In this document: positions 45,391 through 54,699 of the stretch, in pieces | How positions within the stretch are numbered: the first letter of the stretch is position 1 | How the letters are laid out: the number at the start of each line of letters is the position of its first letter | Source of the DNA: Anaerolineae bacterium | Lineage (GTDB): Bacteria > Chloroflexota > Anaerolineae > Anaerolineales > UBA4823 | Direction of reading: 5' to 3' | Length of the DNA stretch: 64,000 nucleotides | Assembly (NCBI GenBank): GCA_041301185.1 | Contig: JBFYSV010000347.1 | Coordinates: forward strand, 1,697 to 65,696 | The notes under the pieces: generated by a model | Seen by the model: the letters and a program-made list of their open reading frames with translations, nothing else | Told to the model about the DNA's origin: nothing | The model's database searches: none | Program-made: the position numbers and the translations under genes

Positions 45391-48333
45391 ATGAAAACTA
45401 TACAAACCGAGGTTCTTGTCATCGGTGGAGGTGCAACCGGCACGGGTGTGGTCCGTGACCTGGCAATGCGGGGTTTTAAAGCAGTCCTGGTTGAAAAAAG
45501 CGACCTGGCAACGGGAACTACAGGGCGCTACCATGGCTTGCTCCATAGCGGGGGACGGTATGTTGTGAAAGATCCCCAGGCTGCCAGGGAGTGTATTGTA
45601 GAGAACCAGATCCTGCGCCAGATCATGCCGCAATGTATAGAAGATACCGGTGGATTCTTTGTTGTAACGCCCTGGGATGATCCCGGCTATGCTCCACAAT
45701 TCGTAGAAGGATGCCGTACTGCCGGGATCCCGGTTGAGAAGGTACCCATCGAGCAAGCCCTGCGCGAAGAACCTCTACTTAATCCGAAAATCACTCACTG
45801 TTATCGAGTGCCAGATGCCGCAGCTGACTCGTGGCTTGCAGCAGATCTGAACGCCAGATCGGCAAAGGAATACGGCTCAACGATATTGAGTTACCACACG
45901 ACCATCCATCTTTTGCGAAATGGGGATAGAGTATTTGGGGCGTTGTGCCAGGATTTGGTTAAAGATGAGCCGGTTACGATTTACGCGGATATTGTAGTAA
46001 ACGCAGCGGGTGCGTGGGCAGGGCAGATCGCTGGCTCGGTGGGGATCCCGATGAATATTGTGCCAGGAAAGGGGATTATGATCGCCGCGAGCCGGCGAAT
46101 TCTTAATACCGTTATCAATCGCTGCAAGATGCCGGCAGATGGCGATATCCTGGTCCCCATCCACACTGTTACCGTGATCGGTACAACGGATGTAAAAGTG
46201 GACGATCCAGATCGCTACGCAATCGAGCCTTGGGAAGTCCAGCTCATGCTAGAGGAAGGTGAGAAACTGGTACCCGGCTTCAAGGATATGCGGATGCTGC
46301 GTGTCTGGGCAGGAGTGCGCCCGCTTTACCAGGAGGCGCCAGGTGAAGATACGCGAGATATTACCCGGGCGTATGTCTTGCTCGACCATGAAAAGCGGGA
46401 CGGGGTCGGGGGATTGGTGACGATCACCAGTGGGAAGTGGACCACCTACCGAAAAATGGCTGAAGTGACCGCCGATCTGGTATGTGAGAAGGTCGGCGTA
46501 CAGCGTCCCTGCCGGACTCACCAGGAGGTCTTGCCCGATAACGGATCGCATGGGTATCATAAGCTGGGGAGCAGATTGACTCATGTCGAGCGAAATCACG
46601 ATTATGGCAAGCTGATTTGCGAGTGTGAACTGGCTACATATGACGATGTTGTTTCTGCGATTGTCCAGGGAGAGGCAAAAACGATCGATGATGTTCGCCG
46701 GGATGTTCGCTTGGGAATGGGACCTTGCCAGGGTGGTTTTTGCACTTACCGGATTGCTGGTCTCTTGCACGACCTGCGCAACAATCCGGTGCAACAGACA
46801 AATGTTGCCTTACGCGACTTTCTGCAAGAACGCTGGAAGGGCTTGCTGCCCATCCTGTGGGGTCAGCAATTACGCCAGGAGAGGTTAAATGAGCTGATCT
46901 ACTCAAGCCTGCTCAATGCACAGGATTTGCCAGGTCCGGAGACTTCTTCTCTAAGCCCAGAGCTATATTTATCCCCAGAAAAGGACACCACCATCGAAGC
47001 TGTTGCGCAAGCGGACGAGGGAGGAAAGGAAACGAGCCAGGATGCAGCCCCCCCTGGCGGATTTGGCGTGCCAGACGTTGTGGTGATCGGTGCCGGGTTA
47101 GCAGGCCTGGTTGCGGGATGGCAGGCAGCCAAACAGGGCGAGCGAGTGCGCGTCATTAGCAAAGGTTGGGGATCCCTGTATTGGCACACCGGCTGTATCG
47201 ATGTCTTGGGGCGGGATGGAAAGCATCTGGTCACCAGTGTGTTATCACCAGCTGAGTTATTGCCCGAATTTATCAACGATCAGCCAGGTCATCCTTATTC
47301 GTTGGCGGGTATGGATGCTCTGGTTGAAGCAATTGAAGAGATCAAAGAGCTTGCCAGACGGTCTGGTTACCCGCTGCGCGGTTCATTAGAGCGAAACTGG
47401 TTGTTGCCAACAGCGCTTGGCACAACCCGGCAAACCTGCCTGGCTCCAGAGACAATGATTGCCGGGGACTTAAACCAGCCGGGCGATATACTGATTGTGG
47501 GTTTTGACCAGTTTCTTGATTTCTACCCGCATCTGATCGCTGATAACCTGAATGAACAAGGGTTTAAGGTATTCCATGTCAGCCTGAATTTGGACGCTTT
47601 GCGCGAGCAGAGATTTGTCACTGGCAGGGTATTGGCAGAATTATTCGAGCAGGCTGAATTCAGATCATCTGTGGTTGAGGCAATGGATACTGCCCTGAAG
47701 GAGCACAACCCTGCACGGATTGGTTTCCCGGCCGTCCTAGGTTTCCAATCCGCGTTGATGGTTAAGGGTGATCTGGAGGAGAGGTTAGGACGCCCCGTGT
47801 TCGAAATTCCCACCTTACCCCCGTCGATCCCTGGAATACGCCTCCATAGCATGCTGGTAAAGGCGATCGAGCAAAATGGGGGACGGGTTGTGGATGGTAC
47901 ACAGGTGATCTCCGCTGATGTTCAAGATGGAACAGTTAAGGCGGTGTGGAGCGAGGCAGCCGCTCGTTCCAAGCCGCACCGGGCCAGGCGATATATCCTG
48001 GCTACAGGAGGGATATTAGGTGGAGGCTTCCAGATGGAAGCCAATAGCAGGCTGAAGGAACTTGCACTGGATCTGAAGCTGGAAGATGAAAACCCGGGAG
48101 GAAGCAGGTTTGCCAGCCTCTTCTTGAGCCGCGAGGGCCATCTGGTATTCCGTACAGGGATAAAGGTAAATAATGATTTTAGACCTATTGATGAATCGAG
48201 TCACATATTATTGCATAATCTAAATATTGCAGGTGCCGCATTGGGAGGCTTTGACCCAATCCAGGAACTCTCGATGGAAGGGGTTGCCCTGGTGAGTGGT
48301 TATCTTGCCGGCAGGAAGGGAATTATCCAATGA
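45391..48333 (+). CDS. Fused anaerobic glycerol-3-phosphate dehydrogenase subunits A and B (GlpA-GlpB)
   Basis: aa 1 to about 520: VLVIGGGATGTGV, GRYHGLLHSGGRY, and the BFD-like CECE...GMGPCQGGFC. aa from about 560: a second dinucleotide fold VVVIGAGLAGLVAGW with a GlpB-like remainder. Confidence 0.85.
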   Translation: MKTIQTEVLVIGGGATGTGVVRDLAMRGFKAVLVEKSDLATGTTGRYHGLLHSGGRYVVKDPQAARECIVENQILRQIMPQCIEDTGGFFVVTPWDDPGYAPQFVEGCRTAGIPVEKVPIEQALREEPLLNPKITHCYRVPDAAADSWLAADLNARSAKEYGSTILSYHTTIHLLRNGDRVFGALCQDLVKDEPVTIYADIVVNAAGAWAGQIAGSVGIPMNIVPGKGIMIAASRRILNTVINRCKMPADGDILVPIHTVTVIGTTDVKVDDPDRYAIEPWEVQLMLEEGEKLVPGFKDMRMLRVWAGVRPLYQEAPGEDTRDITRAYVLLDHEKRDGVGGLVTITSGKWTTYRKMAEVTADLVCEKVGVQRPCRTHQEVLPDNGSHGYHKLGSRLTHVERNHDYGKLICECELATYDDVVSAIVQGEAKTIDDVRRDVRLGMGPCQGGFCTYRIAGLLHDLRNNPVQQTNVALRDFLQERWKGLLPILWGQQLRQERLNELIYSSLLNAQDLPGPETSSLSPELYLSPEKDTTIEAVAQADEGGKETSQDAAPPGGFGVPDVVVIGAGLAGLVAGWQAAKQGERVRVISKGWGSLYWHTGCIDVLGRDGKHLVTSVLSPAELLPEFINDQPGHPYSLAGMDALVEAIEEIKELARRSGYPLRGSLERNWLLPTALGTTRQTCLAPETMIAGDLNQPGDILIVGFDQFLDFYPHLIADNLNEQGFKVFHVSLNLDALREQRFVTGRVLAELFEQAEFRSSVVEAMDTALKEHNPARIGFPAVLGFQSALMVKGDLEERLGRPVFEIPTLPPSIPGIRLHSMLVKAIEQNGGRVVDGTQVISADVQDGTVKAVWSEAAARSKPHRARRYILATGGILGGGFQMEANSRLKELALDLKLEDENPGGSRFASLFLSREGHLVFRTGIKVNNDFRPIDESSHILLHNLNIAGAALGGFDPIQELSMEGVALVSGYLAGRKGIIQ

Positions 48334-49613
48334 TTCAGGGACGATCAGCCAATCGCGGGCATTTTCCGGTTGAAATATCGATTGATCAGTGTATTAAGTG
48401 CAATATCTGCACAACCGTCTGTCCAGTATCGGCAGTGACCGATCTTTTTCCAGGTCCAAAGTACGAAGCACCCCAGGCAGGGCGCTTCAGGTCGCCAGCT
48501 CAAGACACCCCGGATTGGTCGGTGGATTACTGTAGTGGATGCCGGATGTGTAATATGGTCTGCCCGACCGGGGTGAAGATTGCTGAGATGAATGCCCGGG
48601 CACGAGCCTGGATGGTAGAGCAGAACAAGGTTCCCCTGCAGTTGAGATTGCGCAATAATTTGCTTGCACGCTCGGAGTTGATCGGGAAAATCGGGCAACC
48701 GGTTGCTCCAATAGCCAACGCAGTGCTTTCAAACCGGGCAATTCGGAAAGCCACTGAGGCGGTATTGGCGATCCACCACGAAGCGCCACTGCCAGCGTTT
48801 TCCAGCCAAAAGTTTACCACCTGGTTCAACCAGCATAAGCCGGATGGAAAAGCCACTCGCAAGGTGGTTTATTTCCATGGATGTTCAACCCAATATTACG
48901 AGCCTAGAGTCGGCCGAGCGGCAGTGAACGTCCTGGAAGCGAATGGCTTCGAAGTAATTGTTCCACAACAGAATTGTTGCGGTTTGCCTCTCTTATCGAA
49001 TGGGGAATTTGGCGCCGCGCGTGTTTACCATAGTAGTAATGTGCGCAGCCTGGTAGAGTATGCCCGCCAGGGAATTCCAATTGTTGGCACTTCAACGAGC
49101 TGCACACTAACTTTGAAGGAAGAAGCGCCTGAGTTATTGGATATGCACGATGAAGATACTCGCCTGGTTGCTGAGAATACATATGACTTTAACGAGTTTT
49201 TGCTGACTTTGATTGATGAAGGCAGCCTGATTACAGAGCTCAGGGCTTTGCCCATGCGGCTGCCTTACCATGCCCCTTGCCAGTATCGCGCCCATCGCCT
49301 GGGACGTTTGGCGCTGGATGTTTTGGATCTTATCCCTGAACTGCAAGTCGAGGATAGCAAGGCGGCTTGCTGCGGGATCGCCGGGACCTACGGTTACAAA
49401 ACCGAGAAATATGAGATCGGAATGGCGGTTGGAGAAGATTTGTTTGAATTTATTCGCCAGTCTCCTGCCTCGTTTGCAATCTGTGACAGTGAAACTTGCC
49501 GATGGCAAATCACCCATGCCACAGGAAAACCAGCAGTTCACCCGGTGGAGCTAATGGCGGTTGCCTATGGGTTTAAGCCCGAAGGAGCGTTGGCGAAGCT
49601 GCTTACGGTTTAG
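48330..49613 (+). CDS. glpC: Anaerobic glycerol-3-phosphate dehydrogenase subunit C (2x 4Fe-4S + two CCG domains)
   Basis: CIKCNICTTVCP, CSGCRMCNMVCP, CCGLP and CCGIAG. ATGA overlap with the glpAB fusion. Confidence 0.85.
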   Translation: MIQGRSANRGHFPVEISIDQCIKCNICTTVCPVSAVTDLFPGPKYEAPQAGRFRSPAQDTPDWSVDYCSGCRMCNMVCPTGVKIAEMNARARAWMVEQNKVPLQLRLRNNLLARSELIGKIGQPVAPIANAVLSNRAIRKATEAVLAIHHEAPLPAFSSQKFTTWFNQHKPDGKATRKVVYFHGCSTQYYEPRVGRAAVNVLEANGFEVIVPQQNCCGLPLLSNGEFGAARVYHSSNVRSLVEYARQGIPIVGTSTSCTLTLKEEAPELLDMHDEDTRLVAENTYDFNEFLLTLIDEGSLITELRALPMRLPYHAPCQYRAHRLGRLALDVLDLIPELQVEDSKAACCGIAGTYGYKTEKYEIGMAVGEDLFEFIRQSPASFAICDSETCRWQITHATGKPAVHPVELMAVAYGFKPEGALAKLLTV

Positions 49614-49751
49614 CCAGCTGTTGCTCCGGCAGCAGGTTGAATTGGGTGTAAAATTGGTGCTGCTTTGCCGGGAATGACGGTTGCCAGTTCGTGTGCGATC
49701 CGTAAATATTAATCCGGCAGGAGGGCCTGTTGGAACACTCTCCCTTCGAGG

Positions 49752-50483
49752 ATGGTTATGATTAACGTAGATGCTTTTCAAAAAGTTGTATTGATCTTGA
49801 TCATCATTTTGTTATTGGCTGCATGCGCTGCGCCCACCCCGGACCCCACGCCGGTTCCTCCCAGCCCAACGCTTGTTGCGCCTACCAAAACCCAGATACC
49901 AGCAAGTGCCACTCCCACCCAGACCGCCACTGAGGTGCCTACGAATACTCCGCAGCCCACGGCTACTCAGCCAAAACCATCCGCTACAGCAACCGCGACA
50001 GCTCTGCCGACGGAGACAGTCACAGCCACCCCTACAGCGACCCCATCCCAGGAGGAAGCTTCGCTACCGGCTGCATCCAAAGAGAATGTTTCCTTCTTCT
50101 TGATCCAGGAGCAGGTGGGCGGTTCGATTTGTGGCGATGCGGCAGTCGCGGTCGGCGCAGGAGTCAAACGCACTGGGAGCATATCGGATGATGTATCCAA
50201 CGCGCTAAAGCAGCTGTTCTCGCTCAAGTCAGAGTACGTGGGCGGGTTGTTGAACCCTCTGTTCAGGTCAAACTTGCGCGTCAACAACGTGAACTTCAAT
50301 AGTAAAAATGGACTGATCACGGTGGACCTGACCGGCACTTATAAACCTACTGGTGATGATTGTGACAACTCGCGAGTAAAAGCACAGATCTGGCAAACCA
50401 TTCGCCAGTATAGAGAAATAAAGGCAACCAATATCTACTTGAACGGGATACCGTTTGGGGATAGATTGTCCAACGATAAATAA
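49752..50483 (+). CDS. Lipoprotein with a Thr/Pro-rich linker and a C-terminal GerMN-like domain
   Basis: Lipobox LLAAC, about 90 aa of T/P/A linker, and a roughly 140-aa domain ending QIWQTIRQYREIKATNIYLNG. Confidence 0.7.
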   Translation: MVMINVDAFQKVVLILIIILLLAACAAPTPDPTPVPPSPTLVAPTKTQIPASATPTQTATEVPTNTPQPTATQPKPSATATATALPTETVTATPTATPSQEEASLPAASKENVSFFLIQEQVGGSICGDAAVAVGAGVKRTGSISDDVSNALKQLFSLKSEYVGGLLNPLFRSNLRVNNVNFNSKNGLITVDLTGTYKPTGDDCDNSRVKAQIWQTIRQYREIKATNIYLNGIPFGDRLSNDK

Positions 50484-50501
50484 ATCCGGTTTTTACCATC
50501 T

Positions 50502-51206
50502 ATGTCAACCATACACCGCCATCCAATTATCAGTTACCTGTTCGTGCTGTTTATTCTTGTCAGTATTAGCTCATGTGGGTCAGCAAATGTGGCACCAGAG
50601 CAGGATCAGCCAGGGGTCAGTCCAAGCGTGGTATTTTCTTCTACCCCTTCTGGAACGCCAACGCCACAACCGCCCACGGATACTCCTTTACCCCCAACCG
50701 AGACAGTTACTCCCACGGCGTCAGTGACCCCAATCCCATCGGATACACCCACACCCTCCGAGACGCCGACCGAGACCGCGCCGCCACCGACTGCCTCAGG
50801 TGAGGAAGCGATCTATGTTTATTACATCTTATTAGGCGATGATGGACCTCTCTCCTGTGGGGATAGTGCAGTAAAGGTTAATACTGGAGTGTATCGTACA
50901 GGTGATGTCGAGACCGATGTGGCGACAGCCCTGAAGCGCCTGTTTAGCAAGCAGCAGTACGTAGGGAACTTGTATAATCCCGTTTATCTCTCCAATTGGC
51001 GAGTAGACAGCGTGGAATTTAAGGCTTACGAAGGACTGGTAAATGTGTCTTTAAGTGGCGGATACGTCCGGTCAGGGGACCGATGTGATGACAGCCGGGT
51101 GCGGACACAGATCTGGTCGACTATCCGGCAATTTCCTGGCGTAAAGACTGTGTACATCTTGATGAATGGTAATTTGCTGGGGGATATTCTGGCTACCGGT
51201 AAGTAA
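50502..51206 (+). CDS. Paralogous lipoprotein with a Thr/Pro-rich linker and a GerMN-like domain
   Basis: Lipobox ISSC. The domain is collinear with the previous gene (CGD...RTG...ALKRLFS...CDDSRVRTQIWSTIRQFPGVKTVYILMNG). Confidence 0.7.
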   Translation: MSTIHRHPIISYLFVLFILVSISSCGSANVAPEQDQPGVSPSVVFSSTPSGTPTPQPPTDTPLPPTETVTPTASVTPIPSDTPTPSETPTETAPPPTASGEEAIYVYYILLGDDGPLSCGDSAVKVNTGVYRTGDVETDVATALKRLFSKQQYVGNLYNPVYLSNWRVDSVEFKAYEGLVNVSLSGGYVRSGDRCDDSRVRTQIWSTIRQFPGVKTVYILMNGNLLGDILATGK

Positions 51207-51210
51207 AAGC

Positions 51211-51246
51211 ATCCAGGCAGGTGCCGGGGAGGCCACCTGCCTGGAT
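51211..51246 (-). terminator. Stem-loop terminator downstream of ppdK (convergent junction)
   Basis: 13-bp perfect stem ATCCAGGCAGGTG / CACCTGCCTGGAT. A T-rich run follows on the minus strand. Confidence 0.6.
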
Positions 51247-51281
51247 CGTATTCCTCTCCTCCAAGAGAAGAAACTAACGAA

Positions 51282-54050
51282 TTAGAGGTCCAAATCGATC
51301 GACACGCCTTTATGCTTGAGGGCGGCATGCGCTGCAGCCAGGCGGGCTATCGGTACCCGGAACGGGGAGCAGCTCACATAATTGTTGCCAATCATGTGGC
51401 AGAATTCGATTGAAGAAGGGTCGCCCCCGTGCTCACCACAAATTCCGACCTCCAGGTTAGCTCGAGTAGAACGCCCTTCTTTTACCGCAATATCCATCAA
51501 ACGCCCAACTCCTTCCCGGTCGATGGTCTGGAAGGGATTCTTGGGCAGGATGCCGTCTTCGACATACTTAAGCAGGAAATTCCGCTCGGCATCATCCCGG
51601 CTGTAGCCGTATGTCATCTGGGTCAGGTCATTGGTGCCGAAGGAGAAGAACTCAGCCAGGGTGGCGATCTCCGCAGCCGTGACAGCTGCCCGCGGGATTT
51701 CGATCATCGTACCAAACTTGTAGGGGAATTCCACGCCCTTCTCAGCCATAACCTGCTTGGCGATCGTCTCCAGGCTCGGCTGGATCACTTTCAGTTCGTT
51801 GACATGACCGGTCAGCGGGATCATAACCTCAGGCTTGGCATGAAAACCTTTCAATGTGGCATCTGCCGCCCCTTCGAATATCGCCCGGACCTGCATTTCG
51901 ACGATCTCCGGCATCACGATGCTCAAGCGAATTCCACGCAAACCCATCATTGGGTTGCTCTCATGGAGTGATTGGATATTGCGGAGAAGCTCCTCTTTTT
52001 CATCCAGTCCTTCCTTCTGGCCTTTGACCTGCATGGTGATCACTTCTTCGAGGGTGTCCTCGTAAGAGGGAAGGAACTCGTGCAACGGCGGATCGATCAA
52101 CCGGATGATTACCGGGTATCCATCCATGGCTGTGAACAGACCCTCGAAGTCAGAGCGCTGGTAAGGCAGCAATTCGGTTAGGGCAGATTTCCTCTCCGGG
52201 CTGGATTTAGCCAGGATCATTCGCTGTACGATGGGAAGACGTTCTGGCTCGAAGAACATATGCTCCGTGCGGCAGAGGCCGATGCCTACCGCGCCGTAAG
52301 AGCGTGCCCGGCGAGCGTCGGCGGGATAATCGGCGTTTGCCCATACCTGCAGTCCAGTCGTAGGCCAGCCAGCGGGGGCCTTGCGGATGCCAGGGGTAGC
52401 GCAAATATCATCTGCCCATTTCAACAGGGTGAGCAGGTCGGTTTGCTCTTCCAGGGTGGGTGAAACGGTAGAGATTTTACCCAGGAAGACCTCTCCGCTG
52501 GTGCCATCGACCGAGATCCACTCGCCTTCCTTGACCAGCGTGCCGTCTACGCTCATCTCGCGTTTTTCCAGGTCAATGCGGATGGAGGCAGCACCCACTA
52601 TACATGGGACACCGAACTGGCGGGCGACGACGGCAGCATGAGAGGTTGCGCCGCCCTCGCTGGTGAGGATACCTTTGGCAGCCAGCATACCGTGGACATC
52701 GTCTGGTTTGGTGAAGGGGCGCACCATGATCACATCTTGCCCTTCCTCTTTCGCCATCCGCTCGGCTGTATCGGCATCGAAGTACACCTGCCCCACTGCC
52801 GCGCCTGGAGATGCATTGACACCGGTGGCGTATAGCCGTCCCTCGTTGCGGGCGGTGGATTTCGCTTTGGTATCGAAATGGGGGTGGAGCAGGGTATCTA
52901 CCTGTTCAGGGGTGATCTTTAAGATCGCAGTTTCTTTGCTGATCAAACCTTCGTTGGCCATATCCACTGCAATTTTTACCGCGGCTTTCGCAGTGCGTTT
53001 TCCATCGCGGGTTTGCAGCATCCACAATTTTCCCTGCTCGACGGTGAACTCAACATCTTGCATTTCGTGATAATGGTCTTCCAGGTTTTGGCAAATCTCC
53101 AGGAATTGCTGGTATGCTTCTGGCATATCCTTGCCGAGATTCTCGATTTTCTCAGTATTGCGAATACCGGCAACCACGTCTTCGCCCTGGGCGTTGAGCA
53201 GGTAATCGCCGTACATTCTCTTCTCGCCATTGGCGGGATCACGGGTAAATGCCACACCAGTACCTGAGTTCCAGCCCATATTCCCAAAGACCATGGTTAC
53301 GATGTTGACCGCGGTGCCGAGGTCATGGGAGATACCGGCAGCATTGCGGTAATCGATTGCCCGCTTGCCATTCCAAGATTTGAAAACTGCTTCAGTCGCC
53401 AATCGCAGTTGCTCGAAGGGGTCCTGTGGGAAATCAAAACCTTTGTGTTGGTGAATGATCTGCTGGAATTTTTTAGTCAGGGTTTTCCAGTCCTGGGCAT
53501 CAAGATCTGTATCGGATTTGACGCCCTTTTGGTGTTTGTATTCTTCCAGTACATCCTCGAAAGCCTCATCCGGCATATCCAACACTACCGACCCAAACAT
53601 CTGCACCAGGCGGCGATAAGCATCATAGACGAAGCGCTCGTCACCAGTAAGCTTGACCATTGCTGCGGCAGTCTGGTCATTCAAGCCGATATTGAGCACG
53701 GTGTCCATCATTCCAGGCATGGAAAATTTCGCGCCAGAACGACAGGAAACTAGCAACGGGTTGTTTGTACCGCCGAACGTTTTGCCTGTCTGCTGTTCGA
53801 CGTGCTTTAAAGCATCTAGCTCTTGTTCCCACATGCCGGGCGGGAATTTTTCACCTTCTGCCAGGTAGGCGTTGCAGGCTTCTGTGGTTACGATGAAACC
53901 CGGTGGTACCGGAACCTTGATGCGGGTCATTTCTGCCAGATTCGCACCCTTGCCTCCCAGGAGCGAGCGCACATTATCCCATTTTCCGCCTACATACTTT
54001 TCAGCCTGGTCTAATTCGCTGAATAGATATACCCATTTGTTATTTGTCAT
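51282..54050 (-). CDS. ppdK: Pyruvate, phosphate dikinase
   Basis: 922 aa. GGKGANLAEM, phospho-His loop GGATSHAAVVARQFG, and C-terminal GICGEHGGDP. Confidence 0.95.
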   Translation of the reverse strand: MTNNKWVYLFSELDQAEKYVGGKWDNVRSLLGGKGANLAEMTRIKVPVPPGFIVTTEACNAYLAEGEKFPPGMWEQELDALKHVEQQTGKTFGGTNNPLLVSCRSGAKFSMPGMMDTVLNIGLNDQTAAAMVKLTGDERFVYDAYRRLVQMFGSVVLDMPDEAFEDVLEEYKHQKGVKSDTDLDAQDWKTLTKKFQQIIHQHKGFDFPQDPFEQLRLATEAVFKSWNGKRAIDYRNAAGISHDLGTAVNIVTMVFGNMGWNSGTGVAFTRDPANGEKRMYGDYLLNAQGEDVVAGIRNTEKIENLGKDMPEAYQQFLEICQNLEDHYHEMQDVEFTVEQGKLWMLQTRDGKRTAKAAVKIAVDMANEGLISKETAILKITPEQVDTLLHPHFDTKAKSTARNEGRLYATGVNASPGAAVGQVYFDADTAERMAKEEGQDVIMVRPFTKPDDVHGMLAAKGILTSEGGATSHAAVVARQFGVPCIVGAASIRIDLEKREMSVDGTLVKEGEWISVDGTSGEVFLGKISTVSPTLEEQTDLLTLLKWADDICATPGIRKAPAGWPTTGLQVWANADYPADARRARSYGAVGIGLCRTEHMFFEPERLPIVQRMILAKSSPERKSALTELLPYQRSDFEGLFTAMDGYPVIIRLIDPPLHEFLPSYEDTLEEVITMQVKGQKEGLDEKEELLRNIQSLHESNPMMGLRGIRLSIVMPEIVEMQVRAIFEGAADATLKGFHAKPEVMIPLTGHVNELKVIQPSLETIAKQVMAEKGVEFPYKFGTMIEIPRAAVTAAEIATLAEFFSFGTNDLTQMTYGYSRDDAERNFLLKYVEDGILPKNPFQTIDREGVGRLMDIAVKEGRSTRANLEVGICGEHGGDPSSIEFCHMIGNNYVSCSPFRVPIARLAAAHAALKHKGVSIDLDL

Positions 54051-54299
54051 GAGAATCCTCCAAAATTTTGTTGATAAACTTACGCAGAGGGTTGTTTTTC
54101 GTTTGCTGCGTAACTTCTAAATTTAAAGTTGGGTAAACCAACGTTATAGTTTACCACAATCTCTGAACCCTCTCTCGGGGGAAGCCACCTAGATTTGCAA
54201 TAGCCCGGTATAAGTAGAGGTATATGTCGAAATGCATTATTTATTGTAGATATTCATGTACAATATATAATGTATATATTAAGATATTTTAATTATATA

Positions 54300-54328
54300 T
54301 TGACTATTGCCTGATTTTATGGTAGGAT
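54300..54328 (+). promoter_or_regulatory. Candidate promoter of an orphan short transcription unit
   Basis: TTGACT (54300-54305), a 17-nt spacer, then TAGGAT (54323-54328), immediately downstream of a very AT-rich stretch. Confidence 0.4.
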
Positions 54329-54460
54329 AGTTGTGTCATGTAATTGAGAATGTATAAACCTGATGGGGGTGATTCAGGAAGCTCTCCTCTATAACTGTCC
54401 GGATTATTGCCATTATCGACTGCGTTATTGCGCCTCTTCGCTCTCCCCTCCCCTCCCCTG

Positions 54461-54501
54461 CCCCCGTCCTTTTGCGTGTTGAAAGGACGGGGGGCTCTTT
54501 T
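54461..54501 (+). terminator. Intrinsic terminator of the orphan unit
   Basis: Perfect 12-bp stem CCCCCGTCCTTT / AAAGGACGGGGG with a 9-nt loop, then GCTCTTTTG. A U-run is present only on the + strand. Confidence 0.65.
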
Positions 54502-54536
54502 GTAGAGCAAATTTCTAAAATTCCTTGCAAAATTGG

Positions 54537-54565
54537 TTGACAGCTTTTACTATCCCTTGTATAAT
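54537..54565 (+). promoter_or_regulatory. Consensus sigma-70-type promoter for rplU-rpmA
   Basis: TTGACA (54537-54542), a 17-nt spacer, then TATAAT (54560-54565). Confidence 0.6.
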
Positions 54566-54579
54566 TCCTTTTTGCCCTG

Positions 54580-54611
54580 CCCCGGCAGCATGTGTGCTGG
54601 GGGTTTATTTT
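54580..54611 (+). terminator. Leader hairpin + U-tract between the rplU promoter and the rplU start; candidate attenuator
   Basis: CCCC(GG)CAGCA-TGTG-TGCTGGGGG followed by TTTATTTT. Confidence 0.4.
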
Positions 54612-54699
54612 GTATCCCCAACTTCCCCTTACCTCGGCGGATATCGCAGTGGCAGACGAACGCGGAGAGTAAGGTGAAGTGAAGCTTGGAGGAAAGCTG

